From contig JBHGNT010000621.1 in assembly GCA_043228905.1 (NCBI GenBank), forward strand, positions 1 through 18,978: DNA of 18,978 bases, given 5' to 3'. The stretch comes from Azolla caroliniana (Eukaryota > Plantae > Polypodiophyta). The notes below the pieces were generated by a model. The model made no database searches, had not been told where the DNA came from, and saw only the letters and a list, made by a program, of their open reading frames with translations. Below, piece after piece: positions 11,398 through 18,978 of the stretch; positions within the stretch are counted from its first letter, which is position 1, and each line of letters starts with the position of its first letter. The translations under genes were made by a program, and so were the position numbers.

Positions 11398-11635
11398 GCA
11401 CTAAAAACAATATATTTTTGATAAAAGTGAATCATTTATATTTTACTATATTGAAAATGCACTATTTTTTTATAAATTGACGCAAACTAGACATTTTTAT
11501 CCGCCTTCAAAATAAAGTTATACATTTTTGTTTTAGATCGTGTTTAGGCTTACAAATTTCATTATGTCACTTTGGAGCTGTAAAAAAAATATTTTAGATT
11601 AACGTAGGTCATTTATATTGTAACACGTTAATGAT
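11398..11635. repeat. Diverged satellite B monomers, right of the LINE insertion
   Basis: Continues the monomer interrupted at 10125: TATTTTTGATAAAAGTG...TTGACGCAAACTAGACATTTTTATCCGCCTTCAAAATAAAGTTAT. Confidence 0.9.
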
Positions 11636-12589
11636 GCGTTATTACAGTCTTTTGTAAGCCGGACAAAAAAATATTTAAGTTATTCCTACTTTTAATTAAA
11701 AATTACTCAAATCGTATCCTCCTTATCAAATACGATTGGAGTCATTTCAAATTTAATATCTCATCTTCGTATTTGACCTATTTATTAAATTGCAGTCGCA
11801 GCGACGTATCGTGCAATCGATGTATGCAAATACAATTTGATTGAGAGCACTCGATCTTTCGATACGTCCACATGCTTTTGACAACTATGTGTACTTCCCC
11901 TTTTTTCGCTCACCAATAAAAAGTTAAGTTTTCTTTCATTATCGAAAAGTGAGGCAAACTAAAATACCAGCAATACTTGCTTTGAAGTTTGGAGGATGCT
12001 AAAATTTAATTTTGAAATGCTCAGATTCATGATCAAGTAAATTTAAATATTTTTACTGTGCAAAACGAGATTTATTGTCTTTAAAGGACTCCGAAAAACT
12101 TTGAAATTGCATAAAATAATCCAACTATTCTACATAAAACTCAATATGTTTGCAATGAAACATCTGCCAGTAATAAAATGGTTATTTATGCTCCGTACAC
12201 GTAAAGAATATAAATGTTCAATAGTAAGATTCGACATGGAGACATTATCTACGGAGAATGCTGGACTTTTCAATGGCATTAAAATTTTTATATTACTTTT
12301 TGTATTGGATAAAATTAAAACAAAAAAATTGTATATTAAGTTAATACTTTGTATACTAGATAAACATTATAAGTGTACTTTTGGCGAGGTTTTGCACATT
12401 ATAATGTGCTTTATCATGATGTATTTTATAATAGATTTAACAACTCTGAAATTCTTTAAAACTTATAAACATGTGGTGTTAGTATTTTACTGCAATTAAC
12501 TTGTTTTTTTGTTACTACTATTATTGAACATACCTTAAGGACCTTTTGGAAAGTGACAAGGCATTATGTTATTGCATTATTTTTTTAGA

Positions 12590-14955
12590 GATTCAAATTT
12601 CATTATTTCACTTCGGAGCTATAAAAAAATATTTTTAATTTAACTGGCTTATTTATATTTTAATATGTTAAAGAAGCAACACTTTTTTAGAGATTGACGC
12701 AAACTAGACATATTTATCTGCCTTCAAAATAAAGTTATGAATTTTTTTTCGAGATCGTGGTTGGTCTTAGAATATTCAAACATAATTATGTCACTTTGGA
12801 GATCTAAAAAAAATATTTTTGATTAAAGTGGGTGATTATATTTTGATATGTTAAAGATGCAACATTTTTCCATAAATTGACGCAAACTAGACATTTTTAT
12901 CTGCCTTCAAAATAAAGTTATGAATTTTTGTTTGAGATCGAGTTTAGTCTTAGAATTTTCAAATATAATTATGTCACTTTGGAAATCTAAAAAAAATAGT
13001 TTTGATTAAAGTGGGTGATTTATATTTTGATATGTTGAAGATGCAACATTTTTCTATAGATTGACGCAAACTAAACATTTTTATCTGCCTTCAAAATAAA
13101 GTTGTGAATTTTTGTTTCAGATCGTGTTTAGTCTTAGAATTTTCAAATATAATTATGTCACTTTTGAGATCTAAAAAAAATATTTTTGATTAAAGTGGGT
13201 GATTTATATTTTAATATGTTAAAGATACAACATTTTACTATAGATTGACTCAAACCAGACACTTTTATCTGCCTTCAAAATAAAGTTATAAATTTTTGTT
13301 CGAGATCGTGTTTAGTCTTAGAATTTTCAAATATAATTATGTCACTTTGGAGATCTAAAAAAAATATTTTTGATTAAAGTGGGTGATTTATATTTTGATT
13401 TGTTAAAGATGCAACATTTTTCTATAGATTGACGCAAACTAGACATTTTTATCTGCCTTCAAAATAAAGTTGTGAATTTTTGTTTGAGATCGTGTTTAGT
13501 CTTAGAATTTTCAAATATAATTATGTCACTTTTGAGATCTAAAAAAAATATTTTTGATTAAAGTGGGTGATTTATATTTTGATTTGTTAAAGATGCAACA
13601 TTTTTCTATAGATTGACGCAAACTAGACATTTTTATCTGCCTTCAAAATAAAGTTGTGAATTTTTGTTTGAGATCGTGTTTAGTCTTAGAATTTTCAAAT
13701 ATAATTATGTCACTTTGGAGATCTAAAAAAAATATTTTTGATTAAAGTGGGTGATTTATATTTTGATATGTTGAAGATGCAACATTTTTCTATAGATTGA
13801 CGCAAACTAAACATTTTTATCTGCCTTCAAAATAAAGTTGTGAATTTTTGTTTCAGATCGTGTTTAGTCTTAGAATTTTCAAATATAATTATGTCACTTT
13901 GGAGATCTAAAAAAAATATTTTTGATTAAAGTGGGTGATTTATATTTTAATATGATAAAGATACAACATTTTACTATAGATTGACTCAAACCAGACACTT
14001 TTATCTGCCTTCAAAATAAAGTTATAAATTTTTGTTTGAGATCGTGTTTAGTCTTAGAATTTTCAAATATAATTATGTCACTTTGGAGATCTAAAAAAAA
14101 TATTTTTGATTAAAGTGGGTGATTTATATTTTAATATGATAAAGATACAACATTTTTCTATAGATTGACGCAAACTAAACATTTTTATCTGCCTTCAAAA
14201 TAAAGTTGTGAATTTTTGTTTCAGATCGTGTTTAGTCTTAGAATTTTCAAATATAATTATGTCACTTTGGAGATCTAAAAAAAATATTTTTGATTAAAGT
14301 GGGTGATTTATATTTTAATATGATAAAGATACAACATTTTACTATAGATTGACTCAAACCAGACACTTTTATCTGCCTTCAAAATAAAGTTATAAATTTT
14401 TGTTTGAGATCGTGTTTAGTCTTAGAATTTTCAAATATAATTATGTCACTTTGGAGATCTAAAAAAAATATTTTTGATTAAAGTGGGTGATTTATATTTT
14501 AATATGTTAAAGATGCAACATTTTTCTATAGATTGATGCAAACTAGACATTTGTATCTGCCTTCAAAATAAAGTTGTGAATTTTTGTTTGAGATCGTGTT
14601 TAGTCTTAGAATATTCAAATATATTTATGTCACTTTGATGATCTAAAAAAAATATTTTTGATTAAGGTGGGTGATTTATATTTTAATATGTTAAAGATGC
14701 AACATTTTTCTATAGATTGACGCAAACTAGACATTTTTATCCGTCTTCAAAATAAAGTAATGAATTTTTGTTTGAGATCGTGTTAAGCCTAAGAAATTTC
14801 AAATATTATGTCACTTTAGAGCTCTTAAAAAAATACTTTTGATTAAAGTGTGACATTTATATCTTAATACGTTGCATACATGCATTATTTTATAACAGAT
14901 TTACGCAAATTAAACATTTCTAGTATATTTAAAATGGAGTTATGAATTGTTGTTT
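12590..14955. repeat. Satellite B: tandem array of about 13 copies of a 184-bp monomer
   Basis: Anchor GTCACTTT at 12790, 12973, 13157, 13341, 13525, 13709, 13893, 14077, 14261, 14445, 14629 and 14810. The centre is homogeneous and the edges are diverged. Confidence 0.98.
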
Positions 14956-15460
14956 AAAAGTCGACATTGAACCGAATGCTAAAACCGTCCATCGTTACTC
15001 TCCCCTATAATCTTGCAAAATAATTTTATTCCCATCGCTAATTTTTGCAATTACAAAAGTAATTATACACGAACACGGCTAACTCATTTACACCAAAAAC
15101 AAGCTCTTTATGCGTTTTCCATAGCCGTAATCATTAAAATAACCGGGGCTCGGCTTGTTAATATTTCGCTAAGCATTGTTAAAGTAATAGCAACTTTAAT
15201 TGTTCGCGTCCTACTAGTCCGGTTTAATTTTGAATCCAATCCTTTTGTGGAAATTTTACTCTGACGGCAACGTAATATCGGACAACGGATCTCATATTTG
15301 GGAGTGTTTGCATAACGTTAAAAGTGGTATATTTCCGCATATAGGAGCTTATTTTTCTTTGAGCTTAAATACCCCGCGAAATCAAAAATTAAGGCTTGAA
15401 AGTAATCTCTTCGAGAATATCTTGACTGTTAGATAGATGGTTAACGTAATTCAGAATGAA

Positions 15461-15593
15461 CATCTCTCAAAAGTTTCCATACTTAACGAATATTTGTTGA
15501 CATTAAGCTGGTAAAAAAATCGTCTGACACGCCATCTACCATTAACGGTAGAAATCAAAGGGAGACAGAGATCATCGAGCACAGTTCCAAAGT
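15461..15593 (-). mobile_element. Partial copy of the hammerhead-family repeat without the ribozyme
   Basis: CCATACTTAACGAATATTTGTTGACATTAAGCTG...GACACGCCATCTACCATTAACGGTAGAAATCAAAG matches 16525-16600. Confidence 0.8.
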
Positions 15594-16399
15594 TGGACGG
15601 AAGGTGTCACTACAAGTAACTTTGTAATTTTGTTATCAGACCAAGTGGGCCAATTTTTCAATATATTTCCTAATTTTAAATTATTCGTTTATCCCTTATT
15701 AAAATTAATTTTAGCTACGCTAACGTAACGTCGAGAAGATTATTTCAAAAACTGCGAATATACCTACCGAGGGTTTAAGTGGAAACAACTCGTTAAAATA
15801 ATGACTGTATTCAAGTTTCCCATTAAAGTCAAATATGAGCTTTGTTTTTCTTACAACGATTTTCGATATAACGGTAAGAAAATTCGAAGACCAAATGAGA
15901 AAAAGTAATTTGTTTTAAATTTAAAATTCATTGATGATTTAATTTTAATCTTGTGAGAGAACTAGAAAAGGGAACGTTTTTTTTTCATTCAAGTTCCACG
16001 GATAAAAAAATTGTAGAACTACGTTATCCATGTATTCATTGACTCTATAAACGAGGAACTTGGTTGTAATGATATTAATAAAAAATCATACTTGTTCCCT
16101 CTCTTGCTTAAAGTAATAAAACAAATATTCAGCAACCAATTATTGTTTTTAGATGTGACGCAAAGAATAGTGTTATAATATAAGTTTGCTTAGGCTCTGG
16201 TAAAATCGTTTAAAGAAAATATGAAACACAAAAAAGATACTTTTTTGTATAGAGGTGGGAGAAATCATGCGTAATAATTTCTAATTGGTCAACACGAATT
16301 GTTGTTGACCAATTAGTTATTTTCAACAGTTATTTAGAAAATATATTCCGACAAAATTACCACATATCCTAGTTAACCAATATAAATGTAAAAAAAATC

Positions 16400-17418
16400 C
16401 AGTCTGGTTGAAAACCAAACACATATTTAAAAAATTTCATCCCAATGACATCTTACGACCAGTTTCGAACTATGTCAGTTCTCATCGGACAAGCAAGTCT
16501 AACAATAAATATTTCTCTAAAACTCCCACACTTAACCAAATTTTGTTGGCATCGAGCTGTTAAATATTGATCCGACGCGCCATCTACCATTAACGGTAGA
16601 AATCAAAGCGAGACTTTGGAACTGTCCTCGATGATACTGGTAGATGGCGCGACTTTACTGGAATGACAAAATACATATCATTTATACGAATGAATTGATT
16701 TTAAGAATATATTTGCTTTATTAACAATAATGACCTAATTCTAAAGAGTAAAAATTAATTTTTAGAAATTCTTTTACTTTTCTGGTTTCGAACTATGTCA
16801 GTTCTTATCAAGTAAGCTAGTCCAACAATAAATATTTCTCTAAAATTCCCACACTTAACCAAAATTTGTTGGCATCGGGCTGTTAAATATTGGTCTGAAG
16901 CGCCATCTACCATTAACGGTAGAAATCAAAGCGAGACTTTGGAACTGTCCTCGATGATACCGGTAGTTAGCGCGACTTTACTGGAATGACAAAATACATA
17001 TCATTTCTACGAATGAATTAATTTTAAGCATGTATTTGCTTTATTAACAATAATGACCTAATTCTCAAGAGTAAAAATTAATTTTTAGAAATTCTTTTAC
17101 TTTTCTGGTTTCGAACTATGTGAGTTCTCATCGGGCAAGCTAGTCAAAGAATAAATATTTCTCTAAGCTTCCCATACTTAACCAATATTTGTTGGCATCG
17201 AGCTGTTAAAATATCTGACGCGCCATCTACCATTAACGGTAGAAATCAAAGCGATACTTTGGAACTGTACTCGATTATACCGGTAGATGGCTCGTCGGAC
17301 TAATTTTGATGCTATATGTATGTCTCTACTGGAACGTCAAAATACATATCATTTCTACGAATTAATTGTTTTTAAGAATATATTTGCTTTATTAACAATA
17401 ATGAACTAATTTTAAAAG
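16400..17418 (-). repeat. About 3 tandem copies (323-bp period) of the hammerhead-family repeat
   Basis: GTTTCGAACTATG starts at 16462, 16785 and 17108. Each unit has an HHR remnant, a CGCCATCTACC...GGTAGATGGCG fold-back and an AT-rich spacer. Confidence 0.93.
16445..16499 (-). ncRNA. Type I hammerhead ribozyme, variant core (U4C), cleavage site retained
   Basis: Minus strand: CTTGT-CCGATGA-GAACT GACAT AGTTC-GAA-ACTGGT-C-GTAAG. Confidence 0.7.
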
Positions 17419-17496
17419 GTTAGCAGCTCTAAGCCATATACTAATTAAACATTTTGACAGACACACAATTGACAACTATTATAGACAGTTAAAGTT

Positions 17497-17660
17497 TTTA
17501 ACAGTTTGATACCAACAAATATTGGTTAAAATGGGAACCTTTGAGAGACATTGATCGTTCGGCTAACTTGCCTGATGAGATCTGACATAGTTCGAAACCG
17601 GTCGTAATATGTCGTTGGGATGAAATGTTTCAAAAATACGTTTGTTTTTTAAACAAATTG
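17497..17660 (+). mobile_element. Copy of the hammerhead-family repeat, inverted relative to the 323-bp tandem
   Basis: Reverse complement of the 16405-16565 segment (CCAACAAATATTGGTTAA..TGGGA...CTTGCCTGATGAG...GTCGTTGGGATGAAAT). Confidence 0.88.
17560..17614 (+). ncRNA. Minimal type I hammerhead ribozyme with complete canonical core
   Basis: Helix I TTGC (17568-71)/GTAA (17604-07), plus distal CGGC/GTCG. Core CTGATGA at 17572-78. Helix II GATCT/AGTTC (one U-U mismatch) with loop GACAT. GAA at 17594-96, palindromic helix III ACCGGT at 17597-602, and GUC cleavage triplet ending at C17603. Confidence 0.88.
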
Positions 17661-18162
17661 TATATTTTTAATTAAAGACAGTCCTACCAACGTGGGAAAA
17701 ATGTACCTATCTTTCTAGGAACTTTTAAATGACAATTTCACCTTAATTATTATCACAGCAATATATCGAATCGTATACACTCTACCACCTAATAAAATTT
17801 TAACATTTAGTTATCTACGTAAGGAAAATATATGCGAGAAACATTTGGACAATTTCCCTATCTCCAACAGAGTTGTAATATATGTGTGCTGGATTAGTAT
17901 AAAGTACCGCTGACCAAGGCTATAAACCGAGAATTATTTCTACATTATATTATCTAAACTCTCCATATGCGCTCGTAAAACTACTTTCGCATACTTACAA
18001 CCCTTTACGTCTTGTTAAGCGTTTTCAAAAATTTTCATTTGATTTTAAAAAATCTAAATAAAATGGATTAATAGTTATTTTTTGCTACCATTGTATTGTT
18101 ATTTGGGTATTTTTTTTTAACTTTGTGAGACTAAAATCAAAAAGAAATTATACTTTGATTTT

Positions 18163-18183
18163 TGTATGTATGTATGTATGTAT
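18163..18183. repeat. (TGTA)5 microsatellite
   Basis: TGTATGTATGTATGTATGTAT read directly. Confidence 0.9.
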
Positions 18184-18551
18184 TTAAAATATTGTTATTT
18201 TAAACCTTCATACCACAAAATTTTGCAAATTTTTCCACTTTGATTTGTTAATTTTAGTGTTTTAGTAGCAACAAAAAAATTAAATTTTAATACCCCTCAA
18301 TTTAAATTAAAATTAGACACACTATGTAATTTATATTTCACTTCTATAATCTCGTTACAAAGATAACTTTTAGAAAATATTACGCCACTGTTTTAAGATA
18401 AAATGCTAAATGGATATTACTGCAAGTACGTGGTTATGGACTTTATTATTCCCGGCGGAGTTTTGTATGTACGCAAATTAAAAGATAACTCGGATGTCTA
18501 GAAAGATATTTTTAATGGCGACCAAAATTAAAATAATAATTTTTGTGTTTT

Positions 18552-18817
18552 AAACAGAAAAGTAATAGAATTTCCAATAATAATTTTTTACATTTTGGAA
18601 TTAGTTCATTATTGTTAATTTAGCAAATATATTCTTAAAATCAATTCATTCGTAAAAATGATAGATATGTTGTCATCCCAGTACAGTCGCGCCATCTACC
18701 GGTATCATCGAGTACAGTTCCAAAGTCTCGCTTTGATTTATACCGCTAATGGTAGATGGCGCTTCAGACCAATATTTAAGAGCTCGATGCCAACAAATAT
18801 TGGTTAAGTATGGGAAG
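18552..18817 (+). mobile_element. Inverted copy of the 323-bp unit, cut off before its ribozyme by an RTE insertion
   Basis: Reverse complement of about 16525-16788. Similarity stops after TTGGTTAAGTATGGGAAG. Confidence 0.88.
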
Positions 18818-18978
18818 AACAACATGTAACAAACAAGGAAATCTTAAGAAGGATGAAAAAAGAAACAGAAATACTCAACACAATAAAGGAAAGGAAAATA
18901 AGCTATTTTGGTCATATATTAAGAGGTGACAAGTATGAGTTGATGCGATTGATAGTACAAGGGAAGGTGAAAGGAAAG
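18818..18978 (+). mobile_element. 5'-truncated RTE-clade non-LTR retrotransposon fragment (continues past the window)
   Basis: Open frame QHVTNKEILRRMKKETEILNTIKERKISYFGHILRGDKYELMRLIVQGKVKGK fits the post-RT motif of RTE elements (..VTNxEVLRR...RKLxYFGHIxR...LxxIxQGKxxGKR). Not called in the ORF track. Confidence 0.88.

Noticed and set aside
12101-12499. 132-aa ORF
   Set aside because: TTG start, composition dominated by AT-rich codons (F/I/K/L/Y), and no domain or splice support.
2900-14955. CRISPR-like arrays
   Set aside because: Whole monomers repeat with no unique spacers, no cas genes are present, and the context is eukaryotic.

Overview
AT-rich, non-coding eukaryotic DNA, probably arthropod/insect (inferred from the repeat content). 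No intact host gene is visible. The main element is a dispersed repeat family carrying a minimal type I hammerhead ribozyme (HHR) of the kind found in Penelope-like elements and retrozymes. One copy has a complete canonical core (17560-17614, +) and about six are degenerate or partial. A 323-bp tandem of this family can be folded into a split hammerhead built from two adjacent units. Also present: two ~183/184-bp satellite arrays that look like distant homologues in opposite orientation; a 208-bp satellite fusing a DD41D-like Tc1/mariner transposase fragment to the 3' half of the hammerhead; a 5'-truncated RNase H-bearing LINE with a 7-bp TSD inserted in a satellite monomer; a 5'-truncated RTE-clade LINE at the right edge; and a SMART/PacBio ultra-low-input adapter at 7923-7949 that marks a probable assembly artefact. 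All alignments and folds were done by eye, and repeat boundaries are approximate.
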